NCBI GenBank assembly: GCA_951406725.2
Contig: OX597825.1
Coordinates: 40,672,001 to 40,736,000, forward strand
Direction: 5' to 3'
Source: Octopus vulgaris
Lineage: Eukaryota
Length of the DNA: 64,000 bases
Shown: piece after piece, positions 1 to 11,356 of the stretch
Position numbering within the stretch: the first letter of the stretch is position 1
Layout: every line of letters begins with the position of its first letter
Notes under the pieces: model-generated
The model's input: only the letters and a program-made list of their open reading frames with translations
The model's database searches: none
Told to the model about the DNA's origin: nothing
Position numbers and translations under genes: made by a program

Positions 1-344
1 ATGGTGATAGTTAATATAGCTACCTAGATTATAAACAGCTACAAAATAATCATGTTTATTAGAGTCACTGTGGGCGGTATTGAGGTTGGTTTCGCCATTA
101 TCAGGATTAAAGTGTATATCGTCATATAAACTATTACTGCTACTTGTCACTATTGCTGCTAGTAGGATAGTTAGTACTGCTAATGATGAGCTAATACTGT
201 TAGAGGCTGAAGTAGCTACGCTTATTGCCATGGCTGTGAATGTTAAAGCTGTAATTATTATCAATATTACTGTTGTTACTACTGCCATCATAATTATAAA
301 TATAATTATAATTATAATTAGCATTACCGATAGTGTCAATACAA

Positions 345-354
345 TTATTATTAT

Positions 355-418
<64 letters not shown>

Positions 419-487
419 GTTGTTGTTGTTGTTGTTGTTGTTGTTTTTGTTGTTGTTGTTATTATTATTATTGTTATTATTATTATG
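345..487. repeat. (ATT)n/(GTT)n microsatellite
   Basis: Directly visible trinucleotide run; forms the TAA tail of the adjacent minus-strand element. Confidence 0.95.
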
Positions 488-1720
488 TACTTTTAATTTG
501 CAAGTTTGTTACAGCATACTAGGGCGAGTGAAGGATAAGATATGTTACAGCATGGCTGAAAGCTTTTGGAGGGTAAGTGGCAAGGGCAGTAATAAAATAT
601 CTTCATGCAATATAACACAGACATTCAAATTGATAGGGCCTATCTAAGCATGTGGGCAGTACTTGTATTTCTCTGAGATATGGTTCTCCTGGGATATTAT
701 CTAGATATTTCTGACCTCTCTTCCTTGTCACACCTATGGCACCCACAATAACAGGAACAGTTCTCGTTTAATATGCCACATCTTTTGTGTTTCAATTTCC
801 AGGTCCTTATATTTATTTAATTTGTCAAATTCCTTTACGGAAATATTTTTATCAGTGGGAACACTTACATTTATTACTCAACAAATATATTCTTCCCTGT
901 CTGTAATGGCTATGCCTGGTCGATTAGACTGGATCTTTCTGTAGCTGTTGATTGGAAAATCCTAGTGGGTAGTGACATTTTTACCTTCAACAACTGACTC
1001 AGGATGATGGTTATACTAGTAAGTAAGAGCGCTTATATTGTAGTATTTACATAGATTCCAGTGTAAATTTTGTCCTAACATATTGTGGGGATTTTTGTAT
1101 TCGCTTGATGCCAGCCCAGGACATCCCGAGAGACGGGATGGTCTGTTGTTTCATCAAATTTACAGCGGAATTTGCATTAAAGGTCAGAAACGTTTTGAAG
1201 AATATTAGCCTGGTAGTTTTTGGTCAGCAAGATATGATCTAGTGGCGCTAATATGAAACCTTCAGTCTCTGCGTTCAGTCCTGCACTTCTCATCCACTGA
1301 TATGTTGTTACTTGATCTACATCAGCATTTCAGCTTCGAATTATATACTGTCCCTGCAGAGGCTTCTGGCTCCACCGCTCCTCAATTTGTTTCTGCCCGT
1401 TCATTTATGCAGTCTGTTTGATCCGTTTTGCTTGTTTGGTGGCAGTGGTTTCAAGTTCTTCCTCTTACAAATTTGAAAGCATTCGTGTTTCCACACAAGC
1501 TGGAGCATCTACTTCTCTGAAATAGATATTTATTTGTTCGTTCCTATTGTGGATGTTTTATAGCACACTTCTACCTACATCATTCCTTTCCCCCCATTAC
1601 TTCTAGACTGGTATAGGCGATCAACATCTGCTTTTGGTTTGTGCATTTTCTTAGATGATTGTTGTTATCCTCAGATATTTATAGCATTTTTGGGAGTCAA
1701 GTTCCTTGATGGTAATGTCG
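488..1720 (-). mobile_element. Degenerate 3' half of an R4/Dong-like REL non-LTR retrotransposon (family E)
   Basis: Minus-strand translation gives KMHKPKADVDRLY and KNISVKEFDKLNKYKDLEIETQKMWH..VPVIVGA, homologous to the C-terminus of ORF 7336-9765. Many stops and frameshifts; 3' end runs into (TAA)n. Confidence 0.85.
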
Positions 1721-1809
1721 GTATCTTATTTAGTGGACGCTGTTTGTTTGAACCTGCCTATTATTATTGTGATAATCATCATCATCATCATCATCATTAT
1801 TATTATCAT

Positions 1810-2322
1810 TCAGTAGTTTTATTTTTATAGCGTGCTTTCACTTCACTACCGATCGTAGCTCTGTGTGCTTTAGGTATGTGCTGTGATTTGTTGTGATGCT
1901 CTGATGGTTATTGTATGGAAAGTGTTCTGCGTAGGATGTGTGCAGTGCCTAGTAGTGCAATTTTCTGTATGTTATATGTGTTTGTAAGTCCTGGTGTTTT
2001 TGTTATGTATTTGTCTGAATATTTTTTTATCATGCCTAATGCACCTACTATGATAGGAATTGTTTCTGTTTTTAGATTCCACATTCTGGTTACCTCTATT
2101 TCCAGGTCTTTGTATTTTGAAAGTTTCTCCATTTCTTTTAGAGACACGTTGTCATCTGCCGGTATTGATACATCAATTAGAAAGCATTTTTTTCTTCATG
2201 ATCTCTGACAACTATATCTGGTCTGTTGGCCTTAATTTCTCTATCTGTGTTTATCGGCATATCCCAGAGTATGGTTGCTTTCTCGTTTTCTGTGACCTTT
2301 TCTAGTGTGTGCCTATACCATC

Positions 2323-2326
<4 letters not shown>
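1810..2326 (-). mobile_element. 5'-truncated R4/Dong-like retrotransposon (family B), REL domain plus 3' UTR
   Basis: ORFs 2177-2437 and 1908-2147 (ILWDMPI..NRPDIVV; KEMEKLSKYKDLEIE..IIVGALG). Near-identical to copies at 59.5-62.9 kb and flanked by TAA/TGA triplet tracts. Confidence 0.92.
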
Positions 2327-2411
<85 letters not shown>

Positions 2412-2444
2412 GTCATAATCATCATCATCATCAACATTTATTGT

Positions 2445-3244
2445 TTCCTATCATTATAACTCTATTTCAGCTGCGTTAGTACCGGCCATCTTCCGGAGGC
2501 CAAGGGTAGCAGGGGCATTTTTGTTTTGCTATGAATGCTAAAATTATCACCGCATTAGTTCCATTGTAGAGGTAAAGTGATTTCTGTAGTACATGGGCTG
2601 TATCTATCAAGATTATCTTTTGTAGTTCACGGAGATTGGAGTTACCAGGAAGTTGCTTAATATATTTCTTAGCTCCCTTCTTTATCATTCCTAACGCACC
2701 AATTACTACTGGTATTATCGTCGTACAAAGCTTCTACGGTTTTGAGATTTCAATTTGCAGATCTTTATAGTGAGAAAGCTTTTCGTATTCTTTTCTTGAG
2801 ACATTTTGATCTGCCAAGAGGGAATCATACTAGGTTGTTGCAAGGAATAATTCTAGGTTGTTGCGAAACATTATTGTAAAGTTATGTTAGCTGTTCATGG
2901 CTCTCTGGGAAGGCAGTCAACCAGAATTTAGGAATTTTATCCTTTGCTGGAGACTTCCATTTGCTTGACTCATTGAGAGTAGATCTTACATCCTGTACCT
3001 TGATATCTTCCCACTTTTGGTTTTCTAAGGAGTCTACGTTTGTAGATATTCTATCAATCCAAGGGTACTTTTTCATTGTGTTTTTTCTTCTGCCCAAATT
3101 TTATTCCAAAATTCTTGTACTTCTTTTGATGAGATAGACATTACTATAACTGGTATTTTCCCTATCTTCCTGTAAAACTTGTTGGGGTTGTTTTTGAACA
3201 TTTTGTCGTCCTTGAAGAATCTAACGCGCTTTTCATACCTTGCT
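2445..3244 (-). mobile_element. Internally deleted R4/Dong-like element (family C)
   Basis: Pre-RT region (RYEKRVRFFKDDKMFKNNPNKFY; KWKSPAKDKIPKFWL) is joined at about 2815-2870 to the REL tail (KEYEKLSHYKDL; LQKIILIDTAHVL). Confidence 0.85.
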
Positions 3245-3559
3245 ATTATTATTGTTTTTGTTATTCTTGTTGTTTTTGTTGTTAGTACTACTACTATTAT
3301 TAGTTTTATCATATCATCGTCATCATAGTCATGATCATCATCATCATTAACAGCATAATCTACATTGCGCCGGTTGATATTAAGGGGTCCTGCTATGGAT
3401 GTTATGATCTTCCTTAGGACCTGTTTTGATCTTTGTTAAGACCTCTTCAATTTTTACAGTTTATTTTACTATTGTACGTTATTGTGTTTCTGTATGCATT
3501 TATATATTTTTATACTTCACTGTATATGATCTCATTTTTTACTAGTTGCGGAGAAATAG

Positions 3560-4200
3560 CTAATAGTTTCATTATATCCCGCTTTTTTAAGACTTTGTTA
3601 TAGTGAGAAGCATAGGCGTTAAATATATTTTTATTATCAGTGAGACGTGATATTCTCTTGTTGATGCCATATACAACTTAGTTTATTACGCTTTTGGGGT
3701 GGTCGGAAAAGTGACTTACAGTAGACGTAGTCTCAGATGGTTTATGATAAGGGTAAACATAATCCTGATTTGGGATTTAGAGTTACATCTGACAAGTTAG
3801 AAAAAGTGAGGTCATATTTAAGTTAATATCCACGCTCTAGTTTTTAAACAAGTTTTTTAGTCTCTTCTAAGCTCTCTCAAAGTTTGCATCACTGTTGCAA
3901 AGAATGTGCCTTTCCTATTTTGAAATCCGTTCTTATACGGATCTCCGACCATTTATTATTTTCGAAGGATAAAATCTCACCTTCTTGATATTTTACCTGC
4001 TTAGGATTTTACCTGAAGATGGTGGTTTATATGTTACTTGCAGAGGCACCCTGCGTTACCCGGGAATTAGATTGTTCTTTATATATTCGGAGATAAATGC
4101 AAAATATGTTGTCTAGAAATTTGTTCTTCTAAATTCAGTTTATTCATTAATTGTGATACAATGTATTCTTTAATCGAGAAATCAATTCCGAATTCCTAAT
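3560..4200 (-). mobile_element. Degenerate Penelope-like RT/thumb fragment
   Basis: Minus-strand pieces NLSDVTLNPKSG and FNAYASHYNKVLKKAGYNETISY resemble the PLE RT C-terminus (FLDVTLNL...YNEALKKSGY). Heavily disrupted; boundaries approximate. Confidence 0.6.
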
Positions 4201-4210
4201 ACATATTATT

Positions 4211-4503
<293 letters not shown>

Positions 4504-4571
4504 TAACGTAAATACAAAATTTACCATTTTCATGAAAAGAGATCATTTATACCACATATGTTGGAGGAAAT

Positions 4572-4835
4572 TACGTGAGAGTTTCTGGGTAAACAGCATT
4601 CTTTGCTTCCAAGTTTGGAACGTAGACAAATAAATCTTGCAAGCTACCAACCCTGGAGAAACCAACATAAATTTGATCATGAGAAAAGCAAGCCAGTAGA
4701 TTTCAAAGTCTGACCTTGAGCTTTATTAACAGATAATGCAATGCAAAGTCCACTTGGAAACATACTCAAAAGGTATGTTTATTGGGTTTGTTGAAATTCT
4801 TGGAATGGAAATTTCTTCCCCCGAGGAACACCCGA
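4572..4835 (-). mobile_element. Helitron PIF1-like helicase C-terminal remnant
   Basis: Minus strand reads GEEISIPRISTNPINIPF, LCIALSVNKAQGQTLKSTG and FSHDQIYVGFSRVGSLQDLFVYVPNLEAKNAVYPETLT*. These match PIF1/Helitron motifs V-VI (TINKAQGQT, HGQLYVALSRV). Confidence 0.85.
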
Positions 4836-5476
4836 TGATGATTTATTATTATAAAACATGATAATATAAATTATCTATACACGTCGTTAAACGAGGATTT
4901 CCAATGGTTAAAGAAATTTTTATCTTGTTAAATTTCTCTCTTTATTTATAACTTTATATATGAATATATGGGGGAGTATATGTGCATATGTGTGTGAGTA
5001 TATGTAAGTGTGTGTGTGCGTGCGTATGCGTACGTGATAAGTAGCTTGCTTAACATTGTTCCGGATTCAGTCGTACTGCATGACACTGCGTGTCTTCTAC
5101 TAAAGCTTTGGTCCGACCAAAGACTCGTCACTGTAATCTTGAAGCACATCTGCCTATTTCTGTATACCATATATATTATATTTAAGTTAGTTATGGATAT
5201 AAGTTGAACATTCATGAAAATATTCTTCGGAGCAATTGCATATCAACGCAGCTAATTGGACAAAAATGTCCAGGTATTAGTTATTCACCATTACACGTGT
5301 CACACGCGCTAATAGAAATTACATAATTATACATGTAGGAGATGAGTCACATGTTTCTCCGACATGTACAATGTTGTAACTTTTAATAGGAATTGAAATA
5401 TGTATAATGGTGCATATATACCATTTTCCCATCCTCGCGTTATACATACGTACATATATACATACATGTACATATA

Positions 5477-5868
5477 AGGCGAGGGCGTGGCTGTGTGGTC
5501 AGAAGTTAACTTCCCAGCCACATAGTACCGGGTACACTCTCACTGCGTTGCACCTTGGGCAAGTGACTTCTGCTATAGCTTCGGGCCGACCAAATCATTG
5601 TAACTGGATTTGGTGTACGGAAATTGAAAGAAGCCCGTCGTATATACGTGTGTGTGTATGACATTTTATGTATGTGTTTCTACCCACACACCACTGCTTG
5701 ACAACCTGTATTGGTGAGTCTACATCACATTAAACTAGCGGTTCGGCAACAAACCAATATAATAAGTACCAGGCTTAAAAGTAAAGTAAGTACAGTGACT
5801 AAAGTTCCTGAGGTGGTACTCCAGAATGGCCGCAGTCTAATGACTTAATCAATTAAAAGATAAAAGAT
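5477..5868 (+). mobile_element. tRNA-derived SINE, family A (octopus-type)
   Basis: Head GGCG..GTGGCTGTGTGGT, core CACCTTGGGCAAGTG..GGGCCGACCAAA, internal (TA/TG)n, tail TCCAGAATGGCCGCAGTC..AAAAGA. Many copies in this window. Confidence 0.8.
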
Positions 5869-5873
5869 ATATG

Positions 5874-5931
<58 letters not shown>

Positions 5932-6009
5932 GGTGTGTACATATGTGTATATATATACACACATGCACACACACATATATATGTATATATGTAAGTATGT
6001 ATATATGTA

Positions 6010-6185
6010 ATCGCTAAATCCACGGTTTTTTTCATTCTCTCTGTTTATTTTCTCTTATTCTTTTCTGTTGATGAGCGTAGGCTCGAAATGTAAAATACCT
6101 TCTCACTTTCCCGAGCATCAAACTAATACGTGTTGTTTATACACCTGTCTCCATCAGGCTTTTGTTTTTCTGTAAATTTCAACTA
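6010..6185 (+). mobile_element. Solo Penelope-like pseudo-LTR fragment with minimal hammerhead-like motif
   Basis: CTGTTGA-t-GAGCgtagGCTC-GAAA at 6065-6088. The same repeat ends the PLE copy at 39720-39870 (minus) and recurs at 53535-53715. Confidence 0.6.
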
Positions 6186-6196
6186 TATATTATTAC

Positions 6197-6267
<71 letters not shown>

Positions 6268-6503
6268 TAATAATAATAATGATAATAATGATAATGATGA
6301 TAATGATAATAATGATAATAATAATAATAATGATAATAATGATAATAATGATAATAATAATAATGATAATAATGATAATAATGATAATAATGATAATAAT
6401 AATAATGATAATAATGATAATAATGATAATGATAATGATAATAATGATAATGATAATAATGATAATAATGATAATAATAATAATAATAATAATGATAATA
6501 ATG

Positions 6504-6537
<34 letters not shown>

Positions 6538-6545
6538 TAATAATG

Positions 6546-6642
<97 letters not shown>

Positions 6643-6651
6643 TAATAATAA
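6197..6651. repeat. ~455-bp (TAA)n tract with interspersed TGA triplets
   Basis: Directly visible; 5' flank and target of the R4-like element. Confidence 0.95.
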
Positions 6652-9600
6652 TATACAAGAAATTCTATTGTACCTGTTAAAGATAGCCAGGAAAACGAAA
6701 AAACAACAGTAACTGAAGATCTCGCATTTGCTGAAGAACACAGAGAGTCTATAGCAGAAATGAGGCAGAAATCCTGAATACGCTTGAAGTTGTAAGACAT
6801 ACAAGTTTGAATGATAGAGAACCGCTTCATAAACTCTCAAATACAAACCAAAATAAAAAACAAATCCAAATTGGCAACTATGTAACAAATGAAATAATAC
6901 AAGAATTAAAACCTGATTTTACTGAGTTAAATGAAATTATTTACGCTTCTGCTAGGGCAATTGAAACCAGCTGTATGCCCCCGAAAAAACAAAGAAAACA
7001 AAACCTGGGAAGAAATCAAACCTGGAGAAGTAAAATTGAAAAAGTGATTGAATTTATGAGAGGGAAATATCAATATTAAATGAACTAATATGTGGAAATG
7101 ATGTAAGATCCAGGACAGGAAGAAAGATGAAGAGAAAATTTGGATCCTCACCAAGAGAAGAACTGATATCAATAAAAGAAACGCTGAAACAAAAAGTCCA
7201 AGCAAAAGCCCAAAGAATACGAAGATTTGAGAAGAGAAACAAGTTTTACAAGCAAAATAAGCTGTTCACATCCAATGCTAAAAAATTCTACAGAGAAATA
7301 GGGAAGGAGAAAGTAACCGTTAAAGACCCCCTCCCATGGAAGAAGTTCAAAACTTTTGGAAAAGGATTTGGAGTGACAAGAAGACGTACAACATAAATGC
7401 AGACTGGATTATACAAACTGAAGGATCCTACCAAAATTTACAACAACAAGCATGGGAAGACATCACAATAGCAGACATAAGAAAGGCACTCACGAAGGCC
7501 CATAATTGGAAATCCCCCGGTAAAGATAGGGTGCCGAATTTCTGGCTCGCATCGCTCCCGTGCGCACACGGTAAGCTAGTTCAGCTGCTCAATGGAATTA
7601 TGAGAGACCCAAAGAAAACACCTGAATGGTTAGCAAGTGGCATTCCTTACCTACTCCCAAAGAATAACGAAACCAACCTTCCAAAAAACTATCGGCCTAT
7701 AACATGTCTATCCACCACGTATAAAATCCTAACATCTATCCTGGCGGAGAAAACATATGCATTCATGGAGAAGAACGATATTTTCCCCATTGAACAAAAA
7801 GGGTGCCGCCGAGGCTCTTACGTATGCAAAGATCAACTGCTAATCAATCGTATGATCCTTGAGAACTGTCACAACAAGCGCAGAAATCTCAGCACCGCAT
7901 GGATTGACTATAAAAAGGCCTTCGACATTATACCGCATCCATGGATCTTGAGATTGCTGGACATCTTCAAAATTTCCCCTGTGATTTCAAACTTCCTGAA
8001 GCACAATATGTCGTTGTGGAATACGAATCTCCAATTATACCACTCTAATGGAGTACTTGCCTCAGAAAATATAAACATCAACTGTGGAATTTTTCAAGGT
8101 GACTCACTTTCACCTTTAATATTCTGCATAGCCCTAATACCCCTTACAAGTGAATTAAACAGAACAGGGTATGGGTATAAAATTGCCAATAAAAAAATAA
8201 GCCATCTATTTTATATGGATGACTTAAAACTTTATGGTAAAGACAATAATGAACTTGAAACCCTATTGCGCACCGTGAAATCATTCAGCGATGACATCGG
8301 GATGGAGTTTGGACTTGAGAAGTGTGCCAAGGCCACTTTCCAGAAAGGGAAAGTGAAGACCACAAATTCAGTCGTGTTAGATGTTGACACAGTCATAAGA
8401 GAGCTTGAGCAAGAACAAACATACAAATATTTAGGGATAAATGAAGGCTCTGATATTCAGCATGCAAGCATGAAAGAGAAAATCAGGAAGGAATGTTATA
8501 GGAGAGTTCGTGCAGTCCTGAAATCTGAACTAAATGCACGTAACAAGGTGTTAGCTATAAATTCCCTAGCAGTTCAAGTTGTTACTTATAGCTACTATGT
8601 GTTGAACTGGAATATGAGTGAAGTAAAGTATATAGATAGAAAAATACGCAAGCTGCTGAGTTGTAATAGGATGCACCACCCAAAGGCAGACGTAGATCGC
8701 CTTTACCTTCCTAGAGCCCAAGGAGGTCGAGGCCTGATCCAATTTGAACTAGCTTACAAAACAACCACAATTGGACTGGCCAAATATCTCGAAATATCGA
8801 ATGACTGGATGCTAAAGCTCGTGGAAAATCACGAGAGACGAAAGAAGCTTCATTCTATCATCAAGGAAAGCAACAAATTTGCTATTGATCTCGTGCAGGA
8901 TACCCAAACTGAACAACCCGAGGGAAGTACGGCAACTATTGTTGCAAAGAAGGTGAAAATGATGGCAATGAAAAAAGCGCACGAGCAATTGGCTGATAGG
9001 TGGGAGGAGAAACCTCTGCACGGCAAATATGTGACCCGCAGCAAACAAGCTGATGTTGACCAGAAGCAAACCCATCAGTGGCTGCGGAGCTCAGGGCTAA
9101 AAGCAGAGAGCGAAGGTTTCATCCTGGCTGCTCAAGACCAAAGCCTATCAACCCGGAACTACCAGGCCAATGTGATGAAAAATGGAGCAGACCCAAAATG
9201 CCGATTCTGCAACGACATGATTGAAACAGTGGACCACCTAATCTCTGGATGTAAAGTCTTAGCACCAGTGGAGTATAAATTAAGACATGACAGAGTTGGC
9301 CAATATCTCCACTGGCTAATAAGTCGGCATTACAATATCAAAACTGCCGACAAGTGGTATAATCACCACCCTGAGGCTGTAACTGAAGGAGAAAATGTAA
9401 CCATTCTGTGGGACTTTCCAGTACATACAGACCGAACCATCAAGGCCAATAAACCAGATATTGTTGAGAAAGACCAAAACAATAAAGTTTGCTTATTGAT
9501 CGACATGAGCATCCCCTGTGATCATAATATCTCAGCGAAAGAGTTTGACAAGCTCAGAAAATACAAAGACCTACTCATTGAAATTGAGAAAATGTGGCAT

Positions 9601-9939
9601 CTTAAGGCGGTTACAATACCAGTGATCGTAGGAGCACTAGGAATGATCAAGAAGGGAACCGAAAATTATATGAGAATGATCCCTGGCTTACCATCCCTGC
9701 AAGAAGTGCAAAAGATTGTCTTAACTGGTACATCACACGTATTGAGTAGAGCATTGTCGATGTGAGAACTGTTGCTGCTCATGCATTTTAATTTAACTTT
9801 AAAAAAAAAAAATAAAAAAAATGAACGAACTACTGAGTTTGGTTTAATAGCCTACCAATATACACTATGAGTTTCTTTGCCCTAGGAGTCGGGAAGACAC
9901 TCGGCAAGAAATGGAAGAAAATTTGAAAGAAGAAAAAAT

Positions 9940-9940
<1 letters not shown>
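6652..9940 (+). mobile_element. Near-complete R4/Dong-like non-LTR retrotransposon (family A) inserted in (TAA)n
   Basis: Frameshifted upstream ORF pieces (6807-7079, 7127-7396), an 809-aa ORF, about 175 bp of 3' UTR, and (TAA)n on both sides. Confidence 0.93.
7336..9765 (+). CDS. Reverse transcriptase + CCHC zinc knuckle + restriction-like (PD..D..K) endonuclease; N-terminus continues upstream across frameshifts
   Basis: NYRPITCL, IDYKKAFD, GIFQGDSLSPLIF, YMDD, CRFC..ETVDHLISGC, RHD, KPDIV..LIDMSIP..KEFDKLRKYKDL. Confidence 0.93.
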   Translation: MEEVQNFWKRIWSDKKTYNINADWIIQTEGSYQNLQQQAWEDITIADIRKALTKAHNWKSPGKDRVPNFWLASLPCAHGKLVQLLNGIMRDPKKTPEWLASGIPYLLPKNNETNLPKNYRPITCLSTTYKILTSILAEKTYAFMEKNDIFPIEQKGCRRGSYVCKDQLLINRMILENCHNKRRNLSTAWIDYKKAFDIIPHPWILRLLDIFKISPVISNFLKHNMSLWNTNLQLYHSNGVLASENININCGIFQGDSLSPLIFCIALIPLTSELNRTGYGYKIANKKISHLFYMDDLKLYGKDNNELETLLRTVKSFSDDIGMEFGLEKCAKATFQKGKVKTTNSVVLDVDTVIRELEQEQTYKYLGINEGSDIQHASMKEKIRKECYRRVRAVLKSELNARNKVLAINSLAVQVVTYSYYVLNWNMSEVKYIDRKIRKLLSCNRMHHPKADVDRLYLPRAQGGRGLIQFELAYKTTTIGLAKYLEISNDWMLKLVENHERRKKLHSIIKESNKFAIDLVQDTQTEQPEGSTATIVAKKVKMMAMKKAHEQLADRWEEKPLHGKYVTRSKQADVDQKQTHQWLRSSGLKAESEGFILAAQDQSLSTRNYQANVMKNGADPKCRFCNDMIETVDHLISGCKVLAPVEYKLRHDRVGQYLHWLISRHYNIKTADKWYNHHPEAVTEGENVTILWDFPVHTDRTIKANKPDIVEKDQNNKVCLLIDMSIPCDHNISAKEFDKLRKYKDLLIEIEKMWHLKAVTIPVIVGALGMIKKGTENYMRMIPGLPSLQEVQKIVLTGTSHVLSRALSM

Positions 9941-10021
<81 letters not shown>
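9941..10021. repeat. (TAA)n tail/target tract
   Basis: Directly visible. Confidence 0.95.
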
Positions 10022-10024
<3 letters not shown>

Positions 10025-10029
10025 GAATG

Positions 10030-10720
10030 AGATCCTTAAAGCTAGTTGATTTAAAGAGGAAATAGCTTACACACCTACGATTAGACCAGAAATAATGAAA
10101 GGAAACATAGACACAGGAAAGTTATCTGGTCCACACCCACTTACTCCCCTGAAATCACCTTAAATTTTGGCAAATATTTCTTGTCACTTGTAGATGGACA
10201 TTTTCCAATACATCACAAATATAGGAAACATTTTAATAGGCATAACCTAAAAATTAGCTTTAGTTTCACACAAAGCTTTGAAAGCATTATTACACACAAT
10301 GCAACACAACACGAAACTGGCTGTTCCTGCAAAGATAAAGACTTGTGGATGCTAAATGGAGACTGTATGATCGAGGCCATTATTTACAAAGCCACCATAA
10401 ATTCTACAAACGCTAATGATGCAGTTTCATCAAAGCGATATGTGGGTCACACAGGGAAATTTCAAAGCAAGATCTAACAATCACACCTTAAGCTTCAGAC
10501 ACTGGAATAAACGGAAAACTATCACATTATCCAGTTATGTATAGTTCATAAAAGAACAAGGTGACAGCTACAGGATTTACTGGAAGAACTTAGCCAAGTG
10601 TAAACCTTATACCAACTGTAGTGGCGTTATCTACAATATGAAAAGATGGCTCATATAGAAAGGTTCCTTGGTTCCCGCTACATGTCTAATTGCAAGAACT
10701 TTTTGGATCATGATCACAAG
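10030..10720 (+). mobile_element. Penelope-like GIY-YIG endonuclease fragment (pseudogene)
   Basis: HFPIHHKYRKHFNRHNLKISFS..CSCKDK..LNGDCMIEAIIYKATI..RYVGHTG, then after a frameshift FKARSNNHTLSFRH..YWKNLAKCKPY. Confidence 0.85.
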
Positions 10721-10944
10721 TCACCAAATATCTGTTAAGGTTTTGTGTCCACCTAGATCACGACTGGAATCCACATTTTTACTATGTTCCTGCAAAGTTT
10801 CCCATATGATTTAACTTCCAGTGATTTTTTATTTTTATATATACATTTTATTTTTCCTTTTCCCTGTGTATATGTAATGTATGTATGAATGCGTGTGTAT
10901 ATGTATATGTATGTATGAGTGCAAGACTGTGGTAGGCGCATATA

Positions 10945-11356
10945 CTCTCTTTTTATTCTTTTACTTGTTTCAGTCATTTGACTGCGGCCATGCTGGAGCA
11001 CCGCCTTTAATCGAGCAACTCGACCCCGGGACTTATTCTTTTGTAAGCCCAGTACTTATTCTATCGGTCTCTTTTGCCGAACCGCTAAGTAACGGGGACA
11101 TAAACACACCAGCATCGGTTGTCAAGCAATGCTAGGGGAACAAACACAGACACACAAACACACGCATGCATATATATATATATATATATATACGATAGGC
11201 TTCTTTCAGTTTCCGTCTACCAAATCCACTCACAAGGCTTTGGTCGGCCCGAGGTTATAGTAGAAGACACTTGCCCAAGGTGCCACGCAGTGGGACTGAA
11301 CCCGGAACCATGTGGTTGGTAAACAAGCTACTTACCACACAGCCACTCCTACGCCT
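10945..11356 (-). mobile_element. tRNA-derived SINE, family A, well-preserved copy
   Basis: Reverse complement reads GGCGTAGGAGTGGCTGTGTGGTAAG...GGGTTCAGTCCC (A/B-box-like)...TGACTGAAACAAGTAAAAGA. Confidence 0.88.

Noticed and set aside
6162-6888. Long poly-Ile/Leu/Tyr ORFs (also 80-647, 4147-4546, 60703-60978)
   Set aside because: They are stop-free readings of triplet microsatellites, with no complexity or splice context.
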